Source of the DNA: a bacterium
GTDB taxonomy: Bacteria > UBA8248
Direction: 5' to 3'
Length of the DNA stretch: 64,000 bases
Assembly: GCA_965213625.1 (NCBI GenBank)
Contig: CBDBZU010000004.1
Span: 640,001 to 704,000 of the forward strand
The notes beneath the pieces were generated by a model. That model worked only from the letters and a program-made list of their open reading frames with translations. It made no database searches and was not told the DNA's origin. How positions within the stretch are numbered: position 1 is the stretch's first letter; each line of letters starts with the position of its first letter. Shown in pieces: positions 49,141-59,270 of the stretch. A program made the translations under genes and the position numbers.

Positions 49141-50136
49141 ATGTCTTCAAAAAAATGTTGGGCCGCCGTCACCTCCACATCCGATTTTCCTGTCGCCATG
49201 ACGCCCGTGAAAAGGGCGATGGCGGACGTCGCGCCTGTCCGTGTCGTGGCGCTGCCCTTCAGGCCCCTGGACGAAGAAGAAGAGGCCGCCTTCGCCAGGA
49301 AGCTGAGGGGTGCTGAGGGAATTCTGCTACGTCCGGGCTACATCACCGATTCCTTGCTAGACCTGCTGCCGGAACTACGCGTCGTGGCCGTGCATGGTGC
49401 GGGCGTAGATCAGGTCGACGTCGGGGCCTGCACTGAGCGCGGCGTACTCGTCACCAACACGCCGGGGGCCAACGCGAACGCCGTGGCCGAGCTGACACTA
49501 GGGTTGATCCTTTCCCTTGCAAGGCAGATCCCCAGAGCGGCCGCCATGGTGGGACAGGAACGGGTATGGGGCGAGGCGCGCCACACGGGGATGGAACTCA
49601 AGGGAAAAACGCTGGGTCTTATCGGCATCGGTCAAGTGGGAAGCAGGCTCACGAAAATGGCGGCCACGATGGGCATGAAGGTCATCGCCCATGACCCGGG
49701 CCTCAAGAGCGAGGAAATCAAGGCGAGAGGGGCAAGGCCCGCGCGATTCGAAACCCTCCTGGGCCGGGCGGATTTCATTTCCTTACACGCGCCGCTCACG
49801 CCCGGTACTCATCACCTGATCGACAAACAAGCGCTCTCGAAAATGAAAAAAGGCGCGTTTCTCGTAAACGCCGCGCGAGGTCCGCTGGTGGATGAGGAGG
49901 CGCTTGCCCGCGCGCTCAAAAGCGGCAAAATCGGCGGGGCGGCGCTCGACGTGCTCGAAGGCGAACCGCCCGACCCGAAAAGCGCCATCTTCGATGCGCC
50001 CAACCTCATCCTCACGCCGCACATGGCGGGCTCCACGCACGAGTGTCTCGAAGCAATCGCGACCTCGGCGGGAGAGGACATCGCCCGCGTCCTGAGCGGC
50101 AAGAAGCCCAGGCATCCGGTGAACGAAATCGATTAG
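49141..50136 (+). CDS. D-isomer-specific 2-hydroxyacid dehydrogenase (SerA-like, no ACT domain)
   Basis: GAGVDQVD, NTPGAN..AVAE, GIGQVG, NAARG, AALDV..EP, TPHMAG. Confidence 0.9.
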   Translation: MSSKKCWAAVTSTSDFPVAMTPVKRAMADVAPVRVVALPFRPLDEEEEAAFARKLRGAEGILLRPGYITDSLLDLLPELRVVAVHGAGVDQVDVGACTERGVLVTNTPGANANAVAELTLGLILSLARQIPRAAAMVGQERVWGEARHTGMELKGKTLGLIGIGQVGSRLTKMAATMGMKVIAHDPGLKSEEIKARGARPARFETLLGRADFISLHAPLTPGTHHLIDKQALSKMKKGAFLVNAARGPLVDEEALARALKSGKIGGAALDVLEGEPPDPKSAIFDAPNLILTPHMAGSTHECLEAIATSAGEDIARVLSGKKPRHPVNEID

Positions 50137-50639
50137 ACCTGCTAAATCAATAAGTTATTTGAACCCACCCGCTTCTTTTATTTTCGTCAATTTACAGAAT
50201 AACCCCGTGAATCTATCGTATTTTATCGAATTGTTCAGGAATTCCGCTTGACCAAATCGAACTGAAGGGGAGAAGTCGATTCCGACTGAGGAGGGAGGAA
50301 TCGAACGCGAGTGATTGGCAATCGCCTGTTCCATTTTCTATTCTCCTCCCATCGCCGAAACACTGCATTTCGAGAAAGATTCTCGCCCGAATTGCGAAAT
50401 AACCGGCGACTGAAAATGCGGGCAAATGCGCGCCCCGCCGATGCCGACCGAGAACGAGCGGCGCGAACAGGAGACGGACTTTACGGAAAAGCGTCCGCTC
50501 GGCCGTTTCGTGCCGTCCGCCTTCATTCTACGCCATTGGCCTGATCTGCACGAGACGGTCAAGATCGCGATTTTTCCGAATCATGCCAGCCACCGCCTTT
50601 CAGTCTTTGGCCGGGTTGGCGTCGCCGGATGCCACTCCA

Positions 50640-51191
50640 TCATCGCATATCACGCAGGACCGATTCCAAACGGGAATCGATGTCCTTTTCGGCACCGAGC
50701 ACCCGCGCCAGATGGCCGAGCGCCAGTACGTATCCGCATCCGAGACGGCCCAGCCATATGGCGAGCCGCAGAAAGCTTTCCGGCGCCTCGGCATCGCCAA
50801 AACCGCCATTCGCCAATGACAAGGCCAAGTTGAGCGGCGTCGCATGTGTGTACGCCGCCAGCCCGTTTCTTGCCTCGCCGGCCCACCAGTTCCCGTCCTC
50901 ATTGAACCGGAACTCGTCCGGGAGGCACTTCCATACGGCGCCCATCTGCTCGTACGCCGTCCGCAGCTCTGTCGTCATTACGTGCACGCCTTCGGCGCTG
51001 ATTTCACACTTGGTGATCGCTACCGCATGGAGGCACACTTTACGCAGGCGGAAAATCCAATCCTGCTCGTCCTGCTCGATCCTGCGCTTCGGGGCGTCGA
51101 TGTCGATATGAATTCGAGTGAGCTTGCGAAGCATGTCGAGACACTTTTCGCACTGAGCGCGCTGCATCTCAATCGGTTCAAGCGCTTCCAT
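50640..51191 (-). CDS. Hypothetical protein, possibly HEPN-like
   Basis: Predicted helical protein with LRTAYE and RNGLAAYTH segments; starts 5 bp after the stop of the upstream gene. Confidence 0.5.
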   Translation of the reverse strand: MEALEPIEMQRAQCEKCLDMLRKLTRIHIDIDAPKRRIEQDEQDWIFRLRKVCLHAVAITKCEISAEGVHVMTTELRTAYEQMGAVWKCLPDEFRFNEDGNWWAGEARNGLAAYTHATPLNLALSLANGGFGDAEAPESFLRLAIWLGRLGCGYVLALGHLARVLGAEKDIDSRLESVLRDMR

Positions 51192-51195
51192 CCGG

Positions 51196-52077
51196 TTATC
51201 CCGTCACGGCGACCCAGGCGACGTCCGTGAGCTTCTTCGACGACTCTCGTACGTCGCTTAGTTGCGCCAATGTAGGTTCTACCCATTCTTTCCAACGATG
51301 GTTCGCGTCTCCCTCGACCGGGCACAACGCTGCTGCAGCGTTCATGAAAGCCACCTGAGCCGCAAGGTAGGACATCAGGCTCAAGAACACGAACTCATCC
51401 TCAACCCTGTCGATCGACATGACACCCCCGCGCCACGATACCCCTTTCCAATCCGCCACCCTGCCGTGGCTGAAGTTCTCGCTCAAGTAGCGGTACCAGT
51501 CACTGCCTCCTGCGAGGGTCGCCACCTTATCTGCCTGATTGAAACGCCGCTCCTTGCGTCTCTTCGGTTTGGGTGCTCCGACAGATGCCGCCGCAGCTTC
51601 CTGCGCCTCCGCCTCCACCTCACGCAACTCTTCGGGACTGACCTGGCCCTTGGTTATTCTGCGGAGTGTCTGAAAATGGTCCGCGTTCAGGCGGGTTCCT
51701 AATACTTCTATGGCCCGCTCCCGCGACATCTGCACGTCCGGCGCAATCATCGTGTTGTGGAAAATGAACACGACCTGCCCGGCACACTCGAGGGCCGGCC
51801 TCATCTGCACCGCGAGCGAGTGCAGGTTGCTGGTTTCGTTGGCTCGGAGGACGGCGTCCGTGTGTATCCGCGCCTTGCGAAGCAGCAGCGCGCCTGTGAT
51901 CCGAATCGCGCTGGCCGGATCTGCATTGAGATCGATTTCCGCTGTGGCCTCACGCCAACCGCCGGTTACATCCAGCCTCCGCTCGAGCTTGCGCGTCGTC
52001 GCGACCGCCTCCGTCAGCAGCTTTGCCATGTCCGTGCGATAACGGGCAATGTCTGGTCTCGACGGCTTGTTACTCAT
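51196..52077 (-). CDS. Hypothetical protein, HEPN/DUF5677-like
   Basis: MRPALE and YRYLSENFSHG resemble the R..LE and Y..LS...H pattern of DUF5677-type HEPN-like proteins. Confidence 0.55.
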   Translation of the reverse strand: MSNKPSRPDIARYRTDMAKLLTEAVATTRKLERRLDVTGGWREATAEIDLNADPASAIRITGALLLRKARIHTDAVLRANETSNLHSLAVQMRPALECAGQVVFIFHNTMIAPDVQMSRERAIEVLGTRLNADHFQTLRRITKGQVSPEELREVEAEAQEAAAASVGAPKPKRRKERRFNQADKVATLAGGSDWYRYLSENFSHGRVADWKGVSWRGGVMSIDRVEDEFVFLSLMSYLAAQVAFMNAAAALCPVEGDANHRWKEWVEPTLAQLSDVRESSKKLTDVAWVAVTG

Positions 52078-52582
52078 CCGCTCACACCCCAATCCTCGAG
52101 TCAATGGTCAGCACCCCGACGCCTGCGACGTGCTCGGGTGGTTCCCGACGTTCCCATTCATGGGCGTCTCTCCTTCGCTTTCGAATCTTTCGCCCCGCTC
52201 GCCCGTCCTGTGTCATGCAGGCGGAAATTCGAACCGTCCGCACTGAGGACGGAAATAAAGCAAAAACCGGCTGTTTGCAAGGGTTTTCGATATCCGGTTT
52301 CCAACGCTTCCCGAAAATTCGCGTCCGCACATGAGACCGCCCGCGCGGGACCCGCATAACCGATGGGATGGACGCGCCCGATTGATCGGTTTTCTAAAAC
52401 CTTCACCAACTCGCAGGAGAACATCTCGCCTACGCGTTCGGAGCGTCCGGGGTTCACACGTACAAATTCTCCATGTCATCGGCGCTGCAGGTTCGGGCTT
52501 TTGGACGATCCGTTTCTATCGGAACGGAAACCGGAGTGTGCTCTGCGGGAGGTCTTCGTTTCACCTCGAGCCGTCCGGGCGT

Positions 52583-53737
52583 TCAGAGGACACCCTCCCG
52601 GGTTTCGGCGAGCACCATATCCACTACGGAGCGCATGGCCTCTTCGCGGCTCTCGCCATTCAGGCGGCAAAGACGGAAATGATCGACTTGCCGATCTGCG
52701 CTGCTGCCCTCCCGGATGATGGTGAGCACGTGGCGCATTTGATCCTCGCACGCCAGTGCCCGGGCGTCGGGGGTGAGTTTCTCGATCAGTTCCGTTGCGT
52801 AGTCCTCGATGTCCACCCGCCCTCCAAGGTCCATGTCGCCGAGAAAGGCCAGCACACCGTACCGCTGGGCGAGCCAGCGGTTCTCGGCGATAATCTCCGT
52901 GGGCGGCTCGGGCGGGAGGCGACCCTCACCGTCCAGGCGCGCCAGCCACCGGATCAGGGAGGCGTAGAGAGCGATGATGCTCGCGGCGTCCTCGAGGCGC
53001 GGGCAGGTATCACAGATGCGAAGCTCCACCGTCGGGTGAGCGTTGGAGGGGCGAATGTCCCACCACACTTCGCTGCCGTCCCTGATGACTTCGATGCGCC
53101 GGTAGTCGTCCACGATGCGGTCGTACTCCGCCCGGGTGCGCAACGGACCGGGAATGCTGGTGCGCGGAAGCACACCGAGGAGGTTCAGCCGCCAGGACTT
53201 CAAGCCGGTCTCACCCCCGCCGTAGAATGGCGAGGACGTCGACAGCGCGTGGAAAAGAGGAAGGTATCTCCGGAGCGCCGTCATGATCCGGATGCGCGAT
53301 TCCGGGTCGCCGAAGCCGGCGTGGACGTGCATGGCGGTCAGGCAGATCCGGCGGAAGCTCTCCTGATAGGTGGCCGCGAACCGCTCGTAGCGATCCTTCG
53401 GCGTGACCAGTTGCGCTCGCCATTGCGCGAAAGGATGCGTGGAGGCGGCCATCACGGCTGCGCCGTGCTCCTCTGCCGCCTCGATAACGACCCGCCGGGT
53501 CTCGCGCAGCGCCTCGCACGCATCGGCCACCGAGCCGCTGACGCGTGTATTGGTTTCGAGCTGGGCGCGAAGGAATTCGGGCACCACTTTGTGAGGGCCG
53601 CGCCTGCTTTCGCAAGCCGCAAGGATGCCCGGGTCGGGTTCGGCCAGAAGGTCGCGTGTGTCGGGATCGACGAGAAACAGCTCCTCCTCCACCCCAAGTG
53701 TGATCTCCGGAACTTCCCCGTGCGCGGAACCACTCAT
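52583..53737 (-). CDS. ybdK: Carboxylate-amine ligase (glutamate-cysteine ligase 2 family)
   Basis: TLGVEEE.FLVDP, STHPF, MHVH, LSTSSPF, WWDIRP...PTVELRICD, ENRW.AQRYG. Confidence 0.92.
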   Translation of the reverse strand: MSGSAHGEVPEITLGVEEELFLVDPDTRDLLAEPDPGILAACESRRGPHKVVPEFLRAQLETNTRVSGSVADACEALRETRRVVIEAAEEHGAAVMAASTHPFAQWRAQLVTPKDRYERFAATYQESFRRICLTAMHVHAGFGDPESRIRIMTALRRYLPLFHALSTSSPFYGGGETGLKSWRLNLLGVLPRTSIPGPLRTRAEYDRIVDDYRRIEVIRDGSEVWWDIRPSNAHPTVELRICDTCPRLEDAASIIALYASLIRWLARLDGEGRLPPEPPTEIIAENRWLAQRYGVLAFLGDMDLGGRVDIEDYATELIEKLTPDARALACEDQMRHVLTIIREGSSADRQVDHFRLCRLNGESREEAMRSVVDMVLAETREGVL

Positions 53738-53984
53738 TATTCAACCCCTCTATTCGGTGCGGAATGCCGCTCTTTGATGTTTCCGGACATGGAAGAGCAA
53801 GCTGGAAATTCATGATACTTCCCAGGGCAGCGCTTGTCATGCCGTGGCGCATCATTGCCGGCCCTGTATGCCTGCATGCACGCGATTACACCCCTCACAG
53901 TTGTATGGCCAAGGCATGGTTTTCCGGCCTGGCCATGGATGAGGAATCACTACCGGACACGTACCGCTTCTAGCATACTCCACT

Positions 53985-54080
53985 CATCCCCGGCTGCCTC
54001 CGGCGCCTCACGGCCCAAAGAAGCACCTGCATCGCGTCCGTGAACAACAGCCGCCTCACGTCGCTACGACCCCGGGGATG
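53985..54080 (-). pseudogene. Possible IS110-family transposase fragment
   Basis: GRSDVRRLLFTDAMQVLLWAVRR resembles the G.RDIRRLLI.GAM.V..WA.R segment of IS110 transposases. Confidence 0.35.
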
Positions 54081-54184
54081 GTCATCAGGCGCAAAGCCTC
54101 CTCTCAAATGTTTCCCAGGCAGGACGAATCGAAGGCTTCCGCGCGCGCAGTCAACGAGACGCGAAGCGTCCCGGAGAATCATTT

Positions 54185-54553
54185 TCAGCGTTTGTCTCTC
54201 TCCTTCCATCCGGGCATCGGCAGTTTGTAGGAAACTTCCGCGAGTTCTTTCGGCCAGACGATTCTGCGCCGGCCGTCGAGAATCTGGAACGTCAGGCCGT
54301 CCCGATCATTGAGGTTGTTCTCATCCACCTTCCATCTTCCCATCACGGTCTGAAACGCCGAGGCGCGTAGCGTCTTCCAGACTTTTTCGCGATCATGGGA
54401 ACCCGCTTTCAGAATCGCCTGCCTCACCACCTCAATCGCCCCGTAGACCATGGCGACATGATCGCTGGGCTTCACTCCGTAGCGCTTCTCATAGGAGGCG
54501 ATGAGTTCTCTCATGCCCGGAAACTTCAGGGCGCCGGGTTGCGGTTCCCACTG
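54185..54553 (-). pseudogene. 3' remnant of a branched-chain amino acid ABC substrate-binding protein
   Basis: Y.KRYG..P..H.A..YGA.EV..QAI.KAGS.DREKV..., FQTV.G.WKVD, IVWP...A....PMP.W.ER is a LivJ-like C-terminus; N-terminal portion missing. Confidence 0.75.
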
Positions 54554-54798
54554 GCGGCGCTTCCGGTGTTGCCCCCACATGCTTAACAATGAAGGCGTCA
54601 TCAATTCATCGATTTCGAGGCTGCGCGGCGCCTCGTCACCTGCTGTTTACGCTTCACGGCGGGCGTTGCCGCACGCCACGCAAGACTCACTTCCGGCAGG
54701 CCGGTTTCACCTTTGCCGGGCGGGAGTCGAACCCCCTGGGTCACTACGAGAGGTTTCAGGTTATGGCATCCTCCTCTCCAGAGCTTAGCCAAGCGCAA
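54554..54798 (-). mobile_element. Group II intron 5' fragment (domain I), no RT ORF
   Basis: Starts TTGCG (GUGCG-like) then CTTGGCTAAGCTCTGGAGAGGAGGAT...CCCGCCCGGCAAAGG...GAGTCTTGCGTGG...GTGAAGCGTAAACAG...GCCTCGAAA, typical of bacterial group II domain I. Confidence 0.75.
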
Positions 54799-55048
54799 TA
54801 AGCGGCGGTCTTGGGAATGGGTTTTCATGGTTCAACTCTACTGTATGCAGTTTGGATTCCAGCGGAATCAGGAACTCTATCAGCCGCAGGAGTCAAGATT
54901 TGCAGCATCTCACGTTCCTGGTGGTGCAGATGTGTTCCTTTGAACATACCGGGCCGTTGCGACAAAGCGCTGAATGCGGATAACATCGAGGATCATCGAC
55001 TCTGGACTTAGTCGGTTCTTTTGCGTTTATCGAGAAAGGGAAATTACG

Positions 55049-57523
55049 ATGAGGATCGCTTTGGCGGCAGCCACCGCTTATGTAGTGCTGGCGGTGATGA
55101 TATCCCATGCCGGACCTCTCGCGCCGGCCCCGCAGGTCATCGCCGAATACGACCGCAAGTTCATCGAGCGCTCGGGTGCTCAGACGCTCGAGGAGCTGTT
55201 GGACACCGGCATCATCCGCTACTTTTTCACCGGGGGACGAGATCTGCTCGTCCTGGTGAACGGCAGACCCTACGCCACCACCGGCCAGAATCTGGATTCC
55301 CTGCCGCTCTCGGCCGTGGAGCGCATCGAGGTTCTGAGAGGCGAGAGTCTGAGCACGCTGGGCGGCCACGCCGCCATAAACGGCGCGTTCAATATCGTGC
55401 TCAGAAAGGACCTGGACGGTTTCGAGATGCGTACGGTTACGCGGAAGCCGAGCCGGGACGGTGGCGACGGCTGGCAGGGCAGTGTCTTCTGGGGCGGCGC
55501 GGTCGGCAAGGGAGGACGCATGACCATCGGCGCAGACATACTGGACCGTCAGGAAATCCTCGGCAAGAACCGGGAACACAGCCGCTCCGAGTGGGTCGAG
55601 GGCGGCAGCTTCAGCCAATCCAAGAATATCAGCGTCGGCGGCAACACCGTCTATGTCTCCCGGAGAGACGACCAGGGAGCACCTACCGCCTTAAGGTCAT
55701 TACCGCTGGGGGACTGCGACCCGGCGCAAGGCTATGCCGGCCCGCTCAGCAATCCGCCCGGTATCCGTACGGGCGACAAGGGCTGTGGTTACGCCTATGG
55801 AAACATCTGGTGGGATACCCCCAGCTATGAACAGAAGAGCGCCATCCTGAACCTGGAGCATCCGCTCGGTGGGGACGCCGAACTCCATCTGGACGCGAAC
55901 ATCAGGCAGGGCCGCGGGGCGTTCCGCTACGCGCCGTCGGTCGACGTGTTTTCCTTTACGCCGAACGAGACATTGCTGGATGAGCTCAAGAGAGCAGCCG
56001 GTTCCGACTTCCGGTTGGGAGAAAACGACGAATTCGTTGTGGGGCACCGCTTTATCGGCCACGGCAACCGTGACTGGGTGACGGATATCGAGGAATACGA
56101 CATTTCCGCAAGCGTCGAAGGTCGTCTGGATGAAGGTCTCGGCTATGACGTGCGCGTCAGCGCCTACCGGCTGGACCATTCCGTGTCCGGCGACACCTTC
56201 GTGCATGCCGGCAAGATCAGGGAAGAGATCGAGAGTGGGGCTTACAACCTCGTGAACCCGTTAGACCCGCGTAATTCCGCAGCGATCGAGAACAGCAGCT
56301 TACAGGAGGAGGATAATTTCAGTTCGGAGTATCTTGGCGCCCGGCTGGCGCTGGAGGGCTCAGGCTTCGCTATCGGCGGGCGCCTGACGGCATGGACCGC
56401 AGGGGTCGAACTGGAGAGCGTGGACGTGCGCCGCCTCCTGGTCTTTCGGGACAAGGACGGCTATACCCATGAAGTGACCGAGGTGCTCGGTTCCGGCGGA
56501 ACCAGCTATGCCGGCAAGCGCGACATTGCGGCGGCTTTTGCGGAGATGTCCCTGCCGCTGACCGACAAACTGGAAATCAGGGTCGGGGGACGCGGCGATG
56601 AATACGACGATATAGGCGGATTGGAATCGTGGCGTTTCGGGGCCGAATACCGGCTGACCGGCATCGTCACGCTGCGCGGCTCGTGGAGCGCGGGCGAGAC
56701 GTCGCCCTCGATGCGGCATATCTACAGCGACGCGTCGCAGGACCACCCTTATGTCGTTTGCGACCCCGGGAGCGGACCGCCGCCCCGCACATGCGATAGT
56801 CCGAACTTCCGGCAGGTGACGCGTGAGACAAGCGGCAACCCGGGTCTCGACCCCGCAGGCTCCGAGATGCTTTCTTTCGGCGCCGAGGCCCGCAAAGGGC
56901 CGTTCTATCTCGTTGCGGACTGGTATCGGCTCGCAATATCCGACCAGCCAGGGCAGAACACCGCCACCTGGGCCATGTTGAACCTGCAAGAATGCCGGGG
57001 CGGCAACCGGAATGACTGCATCGAGCGCATCGGCGGCGACATCACCATTCACGACAGCTTTGCGAACATTGTCGATACCGAGATTTCGGGCGTGAATTTC
57101 CGATACGGCGCGCGCATGAGAACGGGTTGGGGCGTTATCGGGTTGCGCGGGTTCTGGCGGCACGTCATCAGCACCAAACAGCAAATCGCGGGCGAAAAAC
57201 AGCGGTTTCCCCTCCCCCGGAATGCGGTGCGCGTCGTAGTCTCGGCCGGGCGTGACAATCTCACCGCTTTCTGGTCCACGAACTACCGCTCCGAAATCGA
57301 GAGTCAGTCGGGCGAAGGGAGGTTCAGGTCCTGGACCGGCCACGATTTGACGCTCGACTGGGAGCGGCCGCTAGGGCTGGAAAGCGTGCGGGTGACCGCG
57401 GGCGTGTACAACCTCACCGATGCCAAACTCTCGACGAATACAGCCAACCCCTCCGTTACGGACGGGCCCAGAGCGGCTGGTTGGGGCCGCACCTTCTTCC
57501 TCACTCTCAACATGCGGTTCTGA
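55049..57523 (+). CDS. TonB-dependent outer membrane receptor
   Basis: Plug motifs IERSGAQTLEELL, LVLVNGR, LPLSAVERIEVLR; LRGSW, GNPGLDP; C-terminal GVYNLTD...GRTFFLTLNMRF. Confidence 0.92.
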   Translation: MRIALAAATAYVVLAVMISHAGPLAPAPQVIAEYDRKFIERSGAQTLEELLDTGIIRYFFTGGRDLLVLVNGRPYATTGQNLDSLPLSAVERIEVLRGESLSTLGGHAAINGAFNIVLRKDLDGFEMRTVTRKPSRDGGDGWQGSVFWGGAVGKGGRMTIGADILDRQEILGKNREHSRSEWVEGGSFSQSKNISVGGNTVYVSRRDDQGAPTALRSLPLGDCDPAQGYAGPLSNPPGIRTGDKGCGYAYGNIWWDTPSYEQKSAILNLEHPLGGDAELHLDANIRQGRGAFRYAPSVDVFSFTPNETLLDELKRAAGSDFRLGENDEFVVGHRFIGHGNRDWVTDIEEYDISASVEGRLDEGLGYDVRVSAYRLDHSVSGDTFVHAGKIREEIESGAYNLVNPLDPRNSAAIENSSLQEEDNFSSEYLGARLALEGSGFAIGGRLTAWTAGVELESVDVRRLLVFRDKDGYTHEVTEVLGSGGTSYAGKRDIAAAFAEMSLPLTDKLEIRVGGRGDEYDDIGGLESWRFGAEYRLTGIVTLRGSWSAGETSPSMRHIYSDASQDHPYVVCDPGSGPPPRTCDSPNFRQVTRETSGNPGLDPAGSEMLSFGAEARKGPFYLVADWYRLAISDQPGQNTATWAMLNLQECRGGNRNDCIERIGGDITIHDSFANIVDTEISGVNFRYGARMRTGWGVIGLRGFWRHVISTKQQIAGEKQRFPLPRNAVRVVVSAGRDNLTAFWSTNYRSEIESQSGEGRFRSWTGHDLTLDWERPLGLESVRVTAGVYNLTDAKLSTNTANPSVTDGPRAAGWGRTFFLTLNMRF

Positions 57524-57970
57524 GGGTGTGTTTGAGAATGTTCAGGGATAGAGGGTGAAGCGGAAGCAGTGCTGTGGAGATTTCCCGCGGGTTCCGTGAA
57601 CAAGCGCCCTCGACTTACGGTGGCCTGCGAACTATGGAATAGTCCCGTTACGAGGTCATGCATGAGATATCGGATTCCACATGAGAATCGGTGTCATGCG
57701 GACAGCTTCCGGAATTTCGTGTGCCGCCACAGTTGTGGTGCTCTGCACGCTCTTGTTTGGGAGGGGCGCCTGTTTCTCGTCTGAGCCGTGAAGGGATTAG
57801 GGGCGGTTTCTGGGTGCGGGCGTCGGGGTCGACATGCTCTCGGGCGCGCGGCAGGCAGGGCCGAACGCAATACGCCCGTATCGAACCAAAACCGGAATCA
57901 AGAATAACTCCCGATCCGGCGAGGGGGTTAAGTCGTTAAGGCGAACCCATGAGTCCGCTCGTAGTCATTC

Positions 57971-58054
57971 GTAGGGGCGGATCTGCGAGTCCGCTTGAAT
58001 CAAATCAGGAAAAGTGGACGAAAAAATAAGGGAGGACACACGGGTCCTCCCCTA
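57971..58054. repeat. GTAG-family REP inverted pair (REPIN-like)
   Basis: GTAGGGGCGGATCTGCGAGTCCGC ... GGGAGGACACACGGGTCCTCCCCTA in inverted orientation. Confidence 0.6.
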
Positions 58055-58072
58055 TAAAAGAACAACGGTGTT

Positions 58073-58627
58073 TCACTCCGAAAAATAGCGCTCCATCCAC
58101 TGCTCGACGTCGAAGCTCCACACCTGGGCGCCTTCTTCGCGGAAAATGCTCTGGAACACCGGTTTCGACTCTCCGGCCTTCATCACCCGAAAGCCCCAGC
58201 GCACTTGATAATCCGCATCACCCACGTCGTCTCCTTCGTCAGCCTCACCGCCCCATGAGTCGCTCACAAGTATGACCCGGGAAAAGCGTCTCGACAAAAA
58301 AGAACGTAAATCGACGATGTCGTATTCTATCTGAACGAGGTAGTCGGGTTTCTCCAGTGGCGCGCCGCCCTCGTTCATCCGAACGCAGCGGAACCGGGGC
58401 GTAAACGACAATCCCTTGCAGGCGGCTTCGCGCACTTCGGCCTCCTCGGGGGTGAGGGGTGAGATGACGTGATCATCGGTGGGGACCAGCCTGGCCTGAA
58501 CGGCCACGAGATAACTCTCCTTGGGCTGGGCGCGGGAAATCCGCTGGAACGGGGAATCGGTGAGCTCAAAACCCCCGCATCCGCTCAGAAAAACCAACAT
58601 GGTGAGGCAAAAGGCAAGACGTTTCAT
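58073..58627 (-). CDS. Hypothetical lipoprotein
   Basis: Signal peptide with lipobox FLSGC. Confidence 0.7.
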   Translation of the reverse strand: MKRLAFCLTMLVFLSGCGGFELTDSPFQRISRAQPKESYLVAVQARLVPTDDHVISPLTPEEAEVREAACKGLSFTPRFRCVRMNEGGAPLEKPDYLVQIEYDIVDLRSFLSRRFSRVILVSDSWGGEADEGDDVGDADYQVRWGFRVMKAGESKPVFQSIFREEGAQVWSFDVEQWMERYFSE

Positions 58628-58628
58628 C

Positions 58629-59063
58629 TCAAATCCTTTGGCCGGCGGCTAGGGAAACTTTTTTCTGCTGCGCATCGGCGGCGTATTCAATCTTCGGCCA
58701 TAAATCCCATGCGCGGGCGAGCACGCGCGCCTCGCCCTGATCGAGCAGGCTCACGCGCACCCCGCGCGATTGGTTCACGAGCTTCTTGTAGAGAATCGGC
58801 ACGTCGAGATCGCCCACGGCTTCATCCACCTCGCGAAAGCGCTCGAGACCTTTTTTCAGATTGGCGAGCGCGCCCTTGTGGTGGCGCTGCTGGAGTTTCA
58901 CGTAGCCCGCCGCAATCTGGATCAGTCCCTGGTAGAACTTCTTAGGCGTAGGCTCGGCGTGCATCCAGATGCCCTCCCACGCCTCGTGTGCGCACCAGTA
59001 CTCCCCCTGATTGAACAGGAATACGCCTGCGTCGCTGCGCGCTTCCCAGGGAATGGGGAACAA
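58629..59063 (-). CDS. DUF309 domain protein
   Basis: GV.LFN.GEYW.AHEAWE..W, FYQGLIQ.A motif; start uncertain. Confidence 0.85.
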   Translation of the reverse strand: MFPIPWEARSDAGVFLFNQGEYWCAHEAWEGIWMHAEPTPKKFYQGLIQIAAGYVKLQQRHHKGALANLKKGLERFREVDEAVGDLDVPILYKKLVNQSRGVRVSLLDQGEARVLARAWDLWPKIEYAADAQQKKVSLAAGQRI

Positions 59064-59244
59064 TTTATTTCTCCACGTAGGGGAAACCCTCCGGCCCCGA
59101 TGGACGTCACGCCTTTACTGACGTGATGACCATTTCATGATACGGGGCGCTACGACCGCCGCACAAAGCGGACGCCCTTCTCTATAAGATAATCCTCTTC
59201 GCGTGAGGATGCTACCTGAAAATCGCCGATATAGAAGCAATTTT

Positions 59245-59270
59245 GTAGGGACAGGCCTCTGTGCCTGTCC
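59245..59270 (+). repeat. GTAG-family REP element
   Basis: GTAGGGACAGGC-CTCTGT-GCCTGTCC palindrome. Confidence 0.55.

Noticed and set aside
54718-54740. GGTTCGACTCCCGCCC (minus strand) as a tRNA T-arm
   Set aside because: No cloverleaf; it lies within the group II intron domain I fragment
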